A stretch of DNA of 64,000 nt from the IMG/VR virus record IMGVR_UViG_3300025108_004499. The stretch is one strand, 5' to 3'. Positions within the stretch are counted from its first letter, which is position 1, and each line of letters starts with the position of its first letter. Made by a program: the position numbers and the translations under genes. Below, in pieces: positions 29,044 through 39,284 of the stretch. The notes beneath the pieces were generated by a model. The model was not told the origin of the DNA. It saw only the letters and a list, made by a program, of their open reading frames with translations, and searched no databases. The stretch is from a virus.

Positions 29044-29530
29044 TTTTCGCCTCCGCTACAAGTGCATCAAAGATTTGTTTGTTCATTTTAAGTTTGACAA
29101 ACGTATACTGTTTGCCTGCATACTTAAATGTACCAGTCTCTTTTGAAATATGTTCACGGATAACGGTATCCTTTACAACATAACTGATTACAGTTCTAGT
29201 CTTTCTAGACTCTGAACCATTTTGATCGTAAAACTCTAACTTAGTTTCTGAATTCACTTCACTGTTAATACGTTTTGCAAAGTTGTTCATTGCAATCGCA
29301 TACATCTGCTCTTCAGCCGCTTGTTGGAAAATGCTTTCACCTGCACCGCAAGCATACGCCATTTCTTCTTTCCACCAAAACCAGCCTTCATAGCCTGATT
29401 CGACACAGTTAGCATACCATTTAGGTTGTGCATATGTATCACGTTCTGCGATTTCTACATACTTACCGGAACATGCTCCAAGCATACCGAGAAGTCCTAG
29501 GGTTACGCCTATTTTAATAATGCCTTTCAT
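29012..29530 (-). CDS. Lipoprotein (LPP20-like)
   Basis: Lipobox LGAC; PKWY, CGAGES, A..INS. Confidence 0.6.
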   Translation of the reverse strand: MKGIIKIGVTLGLLGMLGACSGKYVEIAERDTYAQPKWYANCVESGYEGWFWWKEEMAYACGAGESIFQQAAEEQMYAIAMNNFAKRINSEVNSETKLEFYDQNGSESRKTRTVISYVVKDTVIREHISKETGTFKYAGKQYTFVKLKMNKQIFDALVAEAKNAKVIASNNN

Positions 29531-29618
29531 TTTAGCCTCTTTCTGTGTTGCCGTTGTTTTGCATTGTCTTTACATAATAACACCGTTTAAACAAAAGGTC
29601 AACCTATTTTGGTTAACC

Positions 29619-30203
29619 TTATTGCCAGCGATAAAATATATGTGTAGAGATACTACCAACAAGCTGAATCTTGCTTGCCCAACGAGGACTCACGTAGTCA
29701 GCATGGTAGTGTGTTGCGCCTTCTGTAATGCCTCGCATCTTATCAGTATGTACAATTTTATATGCTATAATTTGTGCCATACGCCAAGCATCATGATCTC
29801 TTACTGTGTCAGCCTTGCCATCACAGTACCAAGAGAATTGACATCTATTCTTTTTTGGATAATAGATGCGTTCATCATCAGAAAGATCAGGATTTTGTTT
29901 TGTTTTCCAACTTTCTTTGATTGGTCCGTCTTTGACAACTTCGCATATTGTGTTAGGATAACGAGTATCGTTAACACGATTAAGAACTACATCAGCAACA
30001 GCATACTGCCCTGCTAGTGGTTCTGACTTAGCTTCAAAGTAAATGTTTTGTGCCAGACAATAAAGTTCTGGTTGATTTTCTTGTGTATATAATTCCTCAG
30101 TTTCTGCGTTTTGGAATGTACTTGCTCCTGCTTGGGCGAAAGCGGTTGACACCGTCATAACGGCTACTGCCCAATATAAATTTAATTTCATAATCTGCCT
30201 CAT
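29619..30203 (-). CDS. Cell wall hydrolase (SleB/Hydrolase_2)
   Basis: CLAQNIYFEAK.EP..GQ.AVA.VVLNRV, CQFSWYCDG, GATHYHADYV.P.W, H.FYR. Confidence 0.93.
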   Translation of the reverse strand: MRQIMKLNLYWAVAVMTVSTAFAQAGASTFQNAETEELYTQENQPELYCLAQNIYFEAKSEPLAGQYAVADVVLNRVNDTRYPNTICEVVKDGPIKESWKTKQNPDLSDDERIYYPKKNRCQFSWYCDGKADTVRDHDAWRMAQIIAYKIVHTDKMRGITEGATHYHADYVSPRWASKIQLVGSISTHIFYRWQ

Positions 30204-30244
30204 GTTTTATTTAAAGTTGTTTAGCACATACTTTTGTATGTACT

Positions 30245-30697
30245 TTAGTTTCTTCTCATTTGTGCTATTTCAGTTGCTTGCTTTGATCCTGTCTTATCGT
30301 CATCATCTGCAAATACTGGCACCATGTTGCTTTTGTGCATAGTTGCAATACCTACGAGTCTACGCTCGCCTGAGTATTGTAATGGTTGTTTCTGTAGTGC
30401 TGGGGCAAAACTATCCTTAGTAACACGACTAGGAACGTGCTGTGTTTCACGTACTTTAGGACCTTCATATGTCCATGCCTTGTTAGATGTTTTTGCTTTG
30501 GGTTTGAAGTTGCCACTTACATATTCTACGTACTCGTCAAACGTCATACAATTACTATGTGCGTGAATACGTTTCATATATTTGTTGTGTTCACGATGAT
30601 CTTTTTGTAGTTTCTGTAGTCTACTGGCAGTCATCTTAGTTGCCTTACGTTTTTTGGTGTTTAGCGATGTCATACCGCGTACTAAACTCATTGTCAT
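30245..30697 (-). CDS. Phage hypothetical protein
   Basis: GIATMHKSNMVPVF motif; early promoter upstream. Confidence 0.7.
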   Translation of the reverse strand: MTMSLVRGMTSLNTKKRKATKMTASRLQKLQKDHREHNKYMKRIHAHSNCMTFDEYVEYVSGNFKPKAKTSNKAWTYEGPKVRETQHVPSRVTKDSFAPALQKQPLQYSGERRLVGIATMHKSNMVPVFADDDDKTGSKQATEIAQMRRN

Positions 30698-30779
30698 GTT
30701 CTGCGCCTATCTGTTGCCTTATTATTAATACTATAATAACACTGATAGGCGCAAAAGTCAACCTATTTTGGTAACTTAA

Positions 30780-31040
30780 TTAGGCAGTTACTCTTCTTCT
30801 TGAAATAGAGTACTCAAGAGCTGGTCTACCTTGGTAACCAGTTTCTGCTGTTTTAGTTTTTACGTTAAAACCAGCATCTCTGATTTCAGAAATTCTAGCA
30901 CCTGGACTAGCAATATCCATTTTCTCTCTTAAACCGTCAAGAGTGAAAGTTTTACCAGTACCCCAGTATTTTGCTAGGATTTGTTGATTCTGTGATCCTA
31001 CTCTAAAGTATTTAGATCCAGTTGTATTTGATTTTACCAT
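30780..31040 (-). CDS. Small winged-HTH-like protein
   Basis: AGGAG RBS before MVKSN; SPGARISEIRDAGF. Confidence 0.55.
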   Translation of the reverse strand: MVKSNTTGSKYFRVGSQNQQILAKYWGTGKTFTLDGLREKMDIASPGARISEIRDAGFNVKTKTAETGYQGRPALEYSISRRRVTA

Positions 31041-31166
31041 ATTGGTCTCCTTTGTTAAGAAAAAAGAGCTCAAAAGAGCTCTTTTCATTGTTTCTAGTTT
31101 ATCTAATTTAAACATAATGTATACAATATACACTCTTTAAATCAAAAGTCAACCTATTTTGGTAAA

Positions 31167-31655
31167 TTATTTGCTTTCCATCAATTTAACTGCGGCATCG
31201 TAGTCTTCTTGTGAAATTACGCCTTCACGTAGGAGTTTTGTTCTGTTTACAAGGTGTTTTGCGGCAATTTCTTCCTTGTTGCCACCAAAATATGCTACTG
31301 CATGTCCTTCTTCAACAAGTATATCTGTTACAAGTTCAGCTGGTTTATTTTCCCAACGCTCTACTTTGAAGTCTCCTAGGATACGTCCAAACTTGCCTTT
31401 CATATCTTCGCCTTTGCGATCTTCAGTAGTAATAAGTTTACCACCGTCTGCCATAAGTTCTTTTAAACGTGCTTTGGCGGCTTCGCCAAACAAGTCTTCT
31501 ACTTTGTCTCTTGTGCGTGATTCAGGCGTATCAATGCCCATAATTCTAACACGTTCATCTTTTAGAGTTACACCAAAACCTAGATCAATATCTACGTCTA
31601 CTGTATCTCCGTCGACTACTTTAACGACTGTCACGTCATATTCATTCTTTTGCAT
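31167..31655 (-). CDS. Thermonuclease (SNase-like)
   Basis: VVDGDT.D, RVRI.GIDTPE, GKFGRILG. Confidence 0.9.
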   Translation of the reverse strand: MQKNEYDVTVVKVVDGDTVDVDIDLGFGVTLKDERVRIMGIDTPESRTRDKVEDLFGEAAKARLKELMADGGKLITTEDRKGEDMKGKFGRILGDFKVERWENKPAELVTDILVEEGHAVAYFGGNKEEIAAKHLVNRTKLLREGVISQEDYDAAVKLMESK

Positions 31656-32401
31656 TTTATTTCCCTCATTTGTTATTCATCCAAGTTTAATGCTTGGTCG
31701 CCCCATTCTTCCATTATAAACTCTGCGAATGCTTGTCCGAAGAGCCACATTAGTGTAAGAATTACTGCTCCTGCACATATTATCATTGTCCACACCCAAA
31801 TTTGTAATAATGGATGCTTGCCTTCTGTCCAATGTGCTACTTTCTTAATCTTGTTCTTTACGCCATCTAATAGATAATTGCCTATTATCCAACGTGCTAA
31901 TCTCATTACAATTAGTATAGGTGAACTTAGTACGTCAAATAGTATTAAGAACAGGTCGACAGCTAGATCTACAATATGGTCTATGTTTAACCATTTGCGA
32001 AACCGTTGCCACATCAGTCATTCCGATGTTTTAAAATGTCTTTCATGACATTAGTTGCTGTATTAGTAAAGCACCTTGGTGCTATGCTGTGTATTATTAG
32101 AGCAGGCACCAACAGTTGTAACTTTACTGCTGTTTTCAATGCTGTTGCCATATGCTCTAATGGTTTTTGGTTGACTGATTCTAAGTGTAACTTGCACTGC
32201 TTACTGAACATTGTCGCCAACCATATCAAACAACGCAGGACCAAAACTACTTGCGGCCCAACCTAATGCTACCAAAGTGATTACTCCGTAGACTAACCAT
32301 TTAACTTTAAAGTCATCTACTACCATCTTGATGCCTACTAGTTCGTTTCCTAGTATACGCAATGATACTTCCATCTTTCCTGTGTTATCTTCTTTCGACA
32401 T

Positions 32402-32545
32402 TTACTTCCCCTGTCCTTTGTATTTCTTATAACTTCTCTTCTTACTCTTGTTCATAGAACTAAACTTTGTTCTACTGTGATTGTTTCCTATACTCGTCTT
32501 CTTTGGCTGTGTTTCATGTGCTTCAAAAGTTTTGTGTAACTTCAT
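32402..32545 (-). CDS. Small basic protein (47 aa)
   Basis: MKLHKTFEAH...MNKSKKRSYKKYKGQGK with AGGAGG RBS and TAAATA box. Confidence 0.65.
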   Translation of the reverse strand: MKLHKTFEAHETQPKKTSIGNNHSRTKFSSMNKSKKRSYKKYKGQGK

Positions 32546-32639
32546 AACCCTCCTTGGTTATGTACGTATTTATTCTCTTTCAGCCGTAAAAAAAGGCCGC
32601 ACTAGGCGACCTTTTAAGTTAGTTCTAAGACTGCTTTAC

Positions 32640-33458
32640 TTAAAACTTAAATTTGATTCCAGCTTGTGGTGACACATCTTTTGAATCTGTATCATAGTCA
32701 ACACCTGCTGATAGCTCTGCACCGTTCCATGCAACAACATACTCACCACCAATGTGTTGTAGTTTGTTATCGTCATCACCGTTGATGTATGTTGATAAGC
32801 CGTTTAATGCTAATGAACCTTCATACGCCATTTTTGATGCGTCTGTGTCATATGTCATCATTCCGCCTGCAGATAGTCCAGCTAGTTCTAAGCCTGATAC
32901 TGCTCCACCTAATACTGTGTTTTCAGTTGTACGGTTATAGTCAGCACTTGCAGTTAATGCAAGATCACCAGCGTTTACTGTGTATGCACCTTGTAGGTGA
33001 TTTACTTCAGTTACGTCTGTTGTCCAGTTTGTTAAGCCTACTGCTACACTTGCCGCACCCATTGTTACTTGCAATGACTCAGTCATTGTTGATACGTTTA
33101 GTGTTCCGTCTGCTGTTGTGTTTGCACCTGTTTCTGGTAATAGGCCATTGCTATCGCCAAATGCTAATGCTACTGCACCTGCTGTTGTTCCAACAGTCCA
33201 AGTGTCTAATGTTAGTGAACCGCCGTCGGTTGCTTTGAAATCTAAATCAACTGTTGCAAGATCTCCTGCATCAATATCAAGTTCAACACCCATTGTTCCG
33301 GCTGTTTTGTTTGTCGCTGTCTCTGCAAAGTCAAGTGATACTGCACCTGAAATAATTGGAGTAGGCGCCACTACCGCTACTGTTTCGTCTGCGGTCGCTA
33401 GTGTCGCTGATGAAAGCGCCAAAGTCGCCATAGCGACTGTGATTAAAGTCTTTTTCAT
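32640..33458 (-). CDS. Outer-membrane porin-like beta-barrel
   Basis: Signal peptide, alternating beta strands, terminal GIKFKF Bam-type signal. Confidence 0.7.
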   Translation of the reverse strand: MKKTLITVAMATLALSSATLATADETVAVVAPTPIISGAVSLDFAETATNKTAGTMGVELDIDAGDLATVDLDFKATDGGSLTLDTWTVGTTAGAVALAFGDSNGLLPETGANTTADGTLNVSTMTESLQVTMGAASVAVGLTNWTTDVTEVNHLQGAYTVNAGDLALTASADYNRTTENTVLGGAVSGLELAGLSAGGMMTYDTDASKMAYEGSLALNGLSTYINGDDDNKLQHIGGEYVVAWNGAELSAGVDYDTDSKDVSPQAGIKFKF

Positions 33459-33569
33459 TTTTGATTTTCCTCGTTTTTATGAAGTGTAGTTCTCTTTGTC
33501 TACAATGTATAGTTATCTAACCCTTAGATAAAGTGTGCGTTTTCTGGCACGATGTATTTATAGAGTGTG

Positions 33570-33900
33570 GGGAAAGAGTTAAAGTACGACTTTTCTGTTG
33601 CTAGGTAAGTCGCCAACCCCGAGCGATTATGCCGCTAGGGCGAAATCCTCATTGACAGCGAAGTCATTAAGTGCACCGAAGTTCACGAAAGTAAATTCGC
33701 CGTTGTTTATATTTGCTTTTGCAATTATAAGTTTCGTTCGCGTTAACCGAGCTTACATCCGGGCAACTCCACTCTTCTACTAATCCGCCTGTCGATCCCA
33801 TGTCATCCCCATCATAAGCACACTCAGTAAATGTGTTTATGGTGGAGATGCCGGGAATTGAACCCGGGTCCAGCTCGTCGTTTGAATTGCTTCAACGTTA
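33570..33900 (-). ncRNA. ssrA: Two-piece (circularly permuted) tmRNA
   Basis: Acceptor piece ...GGTTCAATTCCCGGCATCTCCACCA ending 33840, short intervening segment, coding piece GGGGATG from 33810 (G3-U70); tag frame 33722-33627 ends FALAA*; outer ends approximate. Confidence 0.9.
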
Positions 33901-33922
33901 CATTTATATTTATACAGTCTTT

Positions 33923-34303
33923 TTAGAGAGATGTCAAGAGAAGAATGTAAGAAAGATAACAAGTATAATGCAATATTTGATCTATTGACTGTGTTACCCA
34001 ATAACTATTGTCTGACGGTGTCCATTTATATCTTTTGACTATTTTTGTTTTATAATGATCAATAGCAAAATGAAGTATATAATCTAGTAATGCAATTATA
34101 ATAGCATTTACAAAGTTAAATGTAATTAATAATATAACAAGAAATGTTCCTACACTATGATCACCGGCATGAATGTATCCTTTAGAACTTCTAAGGTCGC
34201 CTTTGTCTCCTGGTAGGTTACGGAAAGATTGCAAGGCCAAATCAGCAATAGCATGTTTAACAAACAGTCCCCAAAGCAATAATAAACTTTCTATCATGCC
34301 CAT
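33923..34303 (-). CDS. DUF3307-like membrane protein
   Basis: KH..AD..LQ, H...H, H..ID..K, DQ.LH. Confidence 0.75.
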   Translation of the reverse strand: MGMIESLLLLWGLFVKHAIADLALQSFRNLPGDKGDLRSSKGYIHAGDHSVGTFLVILLITFNFVNAIIIALLDYILHFAIDHYKTKIVKRYKWTPSDNSYWVTQSIDQILHYTCYLSYILLLTSL

Positions 34304-34318
34304 TGGACTATCTCCTTA

Positions 34319-34534
34319 CTATTCTGGTGTGTGGATAATTGCTATATCAATTGCTACAGGCTTGCCATTATGGTCGTCAAGTTCATAGTCGATAACCATG
34401 CCTTCAACTACCTTCTTAACGCCTGCTTTACGAAACTCTGAAATGTGTACAAATAGATCCGCTTGTCCTTCGTCACGTGAAATGAAACCATATCCTTTAA
34501 CGTGATTGTACCATTTTAATTTGCCCTGCTTCAT
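34319..34534 (-). CDS. Cold-shock domain protein
   Basis: G.LKWYN..KGYGFI (RNP1), DLFVHIS (RNP2). Confidence 0.93.
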   Translation of the reverse strand: MKQGKLKWYNHVKGYGFISRDEGQADLFVHISEFRKAGVKKVVEGMVIDYELDDHNGKPVAIDIAIIHTPE

Positions 34535-34596
34535 GTCTTGCCCTTCTTAAAGTATACAGGGCGTAGAAACAATTCCTACGCCCTATACAGTATTTA

Positions 34597-34773
34597 TTAC
34601 ATATTATTCTTTTTTTCTTGGATCTCAGCTCGCTTTGCTTTTGCAAGTTTACCCATTTCGCCTAGTGCTTTTCTAGCTCTAGCCGCGGCCGCTTTAGTAC
34701 CGCCTTCAAATTTATCGTTTTCTGCTAGGTATGCTTCATACTGTGCAACGATTTGTTCGTGAATTGTTGACAT
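34597..34773 (-). CDS. Histone H1/Hc1-like small basic protein (58 aa)
   Basis: MSTIHEQIV...KFEGGTKAAAARARKALGEMGKLAKAKRAEIQEKK; AGGAG RBS. Confidence 0.65.
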   Translation of the reverse strand: MSTIHEQIVAQYEAYLAENDKFEGGTKAAAARARKALGEMGKLAKAKRAEIQEKKNNM

Positions 34774-34785
34774 CTTTATCTCCTT

Positions 34786-35076
34786 TTAGTTAATCTTTAT
34801 GCCGGTTGTTGATTCAATGTATTGGTCTGCCATTCCTTTTTCAGTCTTAGCAATAAACACGATAGTTGATAAGTTAATATCTAGTTCACTATCGCGACCA
34901 ACAGTAAAAGTAAACGGCACCATGCCGATACCGTCTTTAGTCATAGTCAAAGCCATAGGCTTTTTAACTTTCATCGAATCTGTTTCTTTTTTTACTAGGC
35001 GTGCAATTACTTCTTCACCTGCTACAGTTTTAAAACTAATTGTGTCGCCGTCTTTATATGTGTTTTCTAATAACAT
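34786..35076 (-). CDS. Hypothetical protein (Sm-like fold possible)
   Basis: SFKT..GEEVIARL ... Y..STTGI. Confidence 0.55.
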   Translation of the reverse strand: MLLENTYKDGDTISFKTVAGEEVIARLVKKETDSMKVKKPMALTMTKDGIGMVPFTFTVGRDSELDINLSTIVFIAKTEKGMADQYIESTTGIKIN

Positions 35077-35077
35077 A

Positions 35078-35356
35078 TTATGATAAGCTCTCCCCTGTTC
35101 CGTTCCATCCTGTTTGATCAATGTAGGAAACTAATGCTTCATAGCCTCCAATGTGTTGATCGCTAATAAAGATTTGCGGAGCAGTCCTTGGTGCTGGCAA
35201 TCCCTTCTCTTCAAAGAGTGCCATTAATTGACTTGGCTGTATATCTGTGCCAATACTTTTTGCTTCGTAAGTAACGTTCATCTTATCCATTAATGCTTTT
35301 GCTTTAACGCAAGAAGGACAGTTAGGCTTACTGTATATCACTACTGACTGTGTCAT
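35078..35356 (-). CDS. Glutaredoxin
   Basis: CPSC, TAPQIFI, IGGY; directly after nrdB. Confidence 0.9.
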   Translation of the reverse strand: MTQSVVIYSKPNCPSCVKAKALMDKMNVTYEAKSIGTDIQPSQLMALFEEKGLPAPRTAPQIFISDQHIGGYEALVSYIDQTGWNGTGESLS

Positions 35357-36456
35357 AGACTAAATCCTTTCAGTGAATCCTTGTCTACGTCTTGTTTGAT
35401 ACCGCCAATGATATACGACTCTACTTCAGTCTCTTGTGGAGCCACTTGTAATCCTGACGAACTCAACCAATGCTGTGTCCAAGGTAGTGGGTTAGTGTTT
35501 AGTGGACGATCATAAATTGGTTTGTAACCAAGTGCTTTAAGCCTACGGTTAGCAATATACTCAACATAATGATACAACAGTTCTTCGTTAAGTCCGATGA
35601 TAGCACCGTCTTTAAACAAATAGTCTGCCCACGCTTTTTCTTCGTTAACGCATTCACGCCACATGTCTAATACTTCTTCTTCACACTCTTTAGCAATATC
35701 AGCAAACTCTTTATCGTCAAGTCCTTTGATCCAATTCTTAAGAACAGAAGTTGATAGGTTCAAATGTGTTGCTTCGTCTCTTGCAATCAACGAAATAATT
35801 TTTGCACTGCCTTCCATAACTTTGGATTCAGCAAAGGCAAATGTGCAAGCAAAGGAAACGTAGAAACGTAGTCCTTCAAGAATGTTAACATTGTGCATTG
35901 CTAAAAATAGTTTCTTTTTAACATCACGCATGTTACCTTCTTTACGATGGATGTAAGCATCCGCCGCTTCTGTAAACGCATCGTAGTTTTTAGTAACTGC
36001 GGTAGCACGTTTTAGAATTTCTTTATCATCTAAGATTGTATCAAATACTTCAGTAGGATCTGAATACACGTTCTTCATAATATGTGTATATGAGCGTGAA
36101 TGGATTGTTTCAAAAAAGTCCCAAGTAACAATACAACCTTCTAGCTCAGGTAGTGATACATGTGGCAAGAATGCCAAACTAGGACCACGTCCTTGTACAC
36201 TATCTAATAGTGTTTGATATTTTAAGTTACTAGTAAAGATATGTTTTTGTTCTGGTCTAAAGTTAGCAAAGTCTGCTCTATCTTTTTGCAAACTAACTTC
36301 TTCTGGTCTCCAAAAATATCCTAGCATAGTTTGATTCAATTTATCAAACTCTGGGAACTTAAACACATCATAACGCTGTGTGTTTTGATCAGGTCCAAAG
36401 AACATTGTGCTCTTGGTGAAGTCTACCTTCTCTTGATTAAATACTGTTTTTGCCAT
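35353..36456 (-). CDS. nrdB: Ribonucleotide reductase class Ia beta subunit
   Basis: FWRPEEV, LDSVQGR, ETIHSRSY, EGLRFYVSFAC, RDEATH, VAPQETEVESY. Confidence 0.97.
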   Translation of the reverse strand: MAKTVFNQEKVDFTKSTMFFGPDQNTQRYDVFKFPEFDKLNQTMLGYFWRPEEVSLQKDRADFANFRPEQKHIFTSNLKYQTLLDSVQGRGPSLAFLPHVSLPELEGCIVTWDFFETIHSRSYTHIMKNVYSDPTEVFDTILDDKEILKRATAVTKNYDAFTEAADAYIHRKEGNMRDVKKKLFLAMHNVNILEGLRFYVSFACTFAFAESKVMEGSAKIISLIARDEATHLNLSTSVLKNWIKGLDDKEFADIAKECEEEVLDMWRECVNEEKAWADYLFKDGAIIGLNEELLYHYVEYIANRRLKALGYKPIYDRPLNTNPLPWTQHWLSSSGLQVAPQETEVESYIIGGIKQDVDKDSLKGFSL

Positions 36457-36516
36457 CTCTTTTCCTTTATCTCATAACTGTACTATAATAACATCATTGT
36501 ATCAGCATGTCAACCT

Positions 36517-38826
36517 TTAAATTGCACATGCCTCGCAATATTCTTCATATTCTTCATTTGACCCTGCAAATTCTTCTCTTGCAAGTGGTTGTTCTGCAAC
36601 ATCTGCCATATCACCATCTGTCTTATAATCATAAGTGTTTTGGTAGTATGATGTTTTCCATCCATACTTATACGTGTTTAACAAATCACCTATCATAACA
36701 CTCATTGGCACTTCATTATTGTCAAAGTGTGTAGGATTGTAACTCCAGTTACCACTAATTGCTTGGTCAAAGAACTTTTGCATTACTGCTACGATATTGA
36801 TATAACCTTCGTTACTTGGCATATCCCATAGTAGTGTGTAGTGTTGCTTTAGTGTAGTATACTGTGGAACAACCTGCTTAAGAGGCCCTTTTTTGCTTTT
36901 CTTAACGGACAAGTAGCCTCTAGGTGGTTCGATTCCGTTGGTAGCGTTCGACACAACGGAACTACTCTCCGAAGGCATCTGTGCGGACAATGTTGAGTGC
37001 CGTAGCCCGTGTTCCTTGATGTCTTTGCGTAAAGTATTCCAATCATAATTTAATTTAAACTTTCCTAACTCATCGACTTCTTTTTTGTAAGTATCGATTG
37101 GCATAATGCCTTCTGAGTATTTAGTGCGACTAAAGTATTCACATGCACCACGCTCTTTTGCAATGCTATTACTTGCTTTTAGTAAGTAGTATTGGAATGC
37201 TTCTGTTAGATTGTGTACTAATTTCCATGCTTCTTTATCATCATACTTGACATGATTCTTTGCAAGATAATGTGCTAGTCCAATGTAGCCTACGCCCAAT
37301 GAACGTCTTGCTTTTGTACTAATCTCTGCCGCTTTAATTGGATAACGTTGATAATCAATAATTTCTTCTAATGCTCTTACTGCTAGTTCACATAGTTCTT
37401 CTAAGTCATCTAACTCTCTTAGTGTACCAACATTGATAGCTGACAAAATACATAAAGCAATTTCACCTTCTTCGTCATCAATATGATCAAGTGGCTTAGT
37501 AGGCAGTGTAATCTCTTGACACAAGTTACTCATGTATACTTTGTCTTTGAATGAGCTGTGTGTATTACAATGATCAACATTCATAATATAAATGCGTCCT
37601 GTTTCAGCACGTTCTTTGATCAACGCAGAAAACAAATCCATTGCTGGGATAGAATGTTTCTTAATGCTTGTCTTACGCTCATACATTTCATACAGTTCTT
37701 TAAACTTATCAGCATCACCAAAGTATGCTTCATACAATCCTGGTACATCATGTGGCGAGAAAAGAGTTATGTTTCCGCTGGTTAATAATCTTTCATACAT
37801 AGTTTTATTAAGTTGAATAGAATAATCTAACTTACGTACACGATTATCTTCTGTGCCTTTGTTGTTTTTCAACACAAGAATGTCTTCAATCTCTTGATGC
37901 CAAAACGGGAAGTGTGTAGTAGCACTTCCGCCACGTACACCATTTTGTGTACAACAACGTACTGTTGCTTCGAACTTTTTAAGGAACGGAACCACACCTG
38001 TGTGTGCAACCTCTCCACCTCTAATCTTAGAGTTTACTCCTCTAATTCTTCCTGCGTTGATTCCGATGCCTGCCCTTTGCGCCGTATAACGTCCAATAGA
38101 CATATCGCTGGCAAAGATGCTATCAAGGGTATCGTCAGAGTCAACAAGAACGCAACTTGCAAACTGCCTGACAGGGGTCCTGACGCCTGCCATGACTGGC
38201 GTTGGGATATTGATTTTAAATAATGAGGTCGAGTCATAATATCTCCTTACATAATGTAACCTATCTTCTTTAGGATAGTTAGCAAACAATGTAGCCGCAA
38301 TCATCATATACATATGTTGTGGGGTTTCAAATAACTCTCCTGTTGAACGATCCTGTACTAGGTACTTGTCAACTACTTGACGTAGTCCTGCATAGGTAAA
38401 GTTCTCATCACGCTTGTGGTGAATGTATGAATCCAACTTAGCAAACTCATCATCAGTATATGAATTTAGTATTTCTGGATCGTATATATTGCGTTCAATA
38501 TTTTTAGTAATCATCTCTCTAAGGGAAATCTTTTCAAAGCTACCATACACATCTTTATACACACCGTACAATAACAAACGTGCCGCCGCATATTGATAAT
38601 TTGGCTGTTCAAGTGTAATCAAATCATTTGCTGATCTAACTAATAAGTCTTGAATTTCTTTTGTTGTCATGCCGTCTGCAAATTGAATACCTGCGTTCAT
38701 TTGAATAAGACTACTACTCACACCTGCCAGTCCTTCACATGCAAAATTTACTACTTTGTGGATTTTTTGAATATCCAACGGCATTGTTTCTCCGTTGCGT
38801 TTTAGAATATTTAGGTTTGTTTTCAT
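36517..38826 (-). CDS. nrdA: Ribonucleotide reductase class Ia alpha subunit
   Basis: ATP cone, PTPVMAG, FASCVL, SNLCQEI, MPSESSS, TSYY, C-terminal CEAC. Confidence 0.97.
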   Translation of the reverse strand: MKTNLNILKRNGETMPLDIQKIHKVVNFACEGLAGVSSSLIQMNAGIQFADGMTTKEIQDLLVRSANDLITLEQPNYQYAAARLLLYGVYKDVYGSFEKISLREMITKNIERNIYDPEILNSYTDDEFAKLDSYIHHKRDENFTYAGLRQVVDKYLVQDRSTGELFETPQHMYMMIAATLFANYPKEDRLHYVRRYYDSTSLFKINIPTPVMAGVRTPVRQFASCVLVDSDDTLDSIFASDMSIGRYTAQRAGIGINAGRIRGVNSKIRGGEVAHTGVVPFLKKFEATVRCCTQNGVRGGSATTHFPFWHQEIEDILVLKNNKGTEDNRVRKLDYSIQLNKTMYERLLTSGNITLFSPHDVPGLYEAYFGDADKFKELYEMYERKTSIKKHSIPAMDLFSALIKERAETGRIYIMNVDHCNTHSSFKDKVYMSNLCQEITLPTKPLDHIDDEEGEIALCILSAINVGTLRELDDLEELCELAVRALEEIIDYQRYPIKAAEISTKARRSLGVGYIGLAHYLAKNHVKYDDKEAWKLVHNLTEAFQYYLLKASNSIAKERGACEYFSRTKYSEGIMPIDTYKKEVDELGKFKLNYDWNTLRKDIKEHGLRHSTLSAQMPSESSSVVSNATNGIEPPRGYLSVKKSKKGPLKQVVPQYTTLKQHYTLLWDMPSNEGYINIVAVMQKFFDQAISGNWSYNPTHFDNNEVPMSVMIGDLLNTYKYGWKTSYYQNTYDYKTDGDMADVAEQPLAREEFAGSNEEYEEYCEACAI

Positions 38827-38858
38827 CTTACTTTACTTCCCTTTGATTTAAAAAATAT

Positions 38859-39284
38859 TTAGTGTAGCGGAGGCAGTTGGATCACCTTTTGTGATACAAT
38901 GCTTTGCGGTATTGAGTTGCTTGATGATACTTCGTCGTTATATCCTAAAACAATACTTCCGTCCAAATACACTAGGTACATGTTTACTTCTTTTTCTATG
39001 TCCTTACTGATATGTATCTCTACTTTTGCCTGGCTAAACCTATCAGTTAACTGTAAAGTATAGCCGCATAATAGTGCAATTTCATACTCAGTAAACGACT
39101 TGTTTTCAATCAAGTGCCACGGAAGTGCCACGCTTTCAGGATCCCATGGATTCTGTTTACGAGTACTTCTTGGTAGGCTCTGGATAAAATCGTTTAGTAC
39201 CCGGAAAGGCTCATAGGCTGACTCAAGGTCTTCCCTTACTTCTTTCCAGACTCGTACTTTGTCTTCAAATTTTAATTCATGCAT
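38859..39284 (-). CDS. Hypothetical protein
   Basis: 141-aa ORF coupled to the upstream structural gene. Confidence 0.6.
   Translation of the reverse strand: MHELKFEDKVRVWKEVREDLESAYEPFRVLNDFIQSLPRSTRKQNPWDPESVALPWHLIENKSFTEYEIALLCGYTLQLTDRFSQAKVEIHISKDIEKEVNMYLVYLDGSIVLGYNDEVSSSNSIPQSIVSQKVIQLPPLH

Noticed and set aside
35353-38826. Introns or inteins in nrdA/nrdB (also checked ligase)
   Set aside because: Lengths and motif spacing are normal; no insertion seen.
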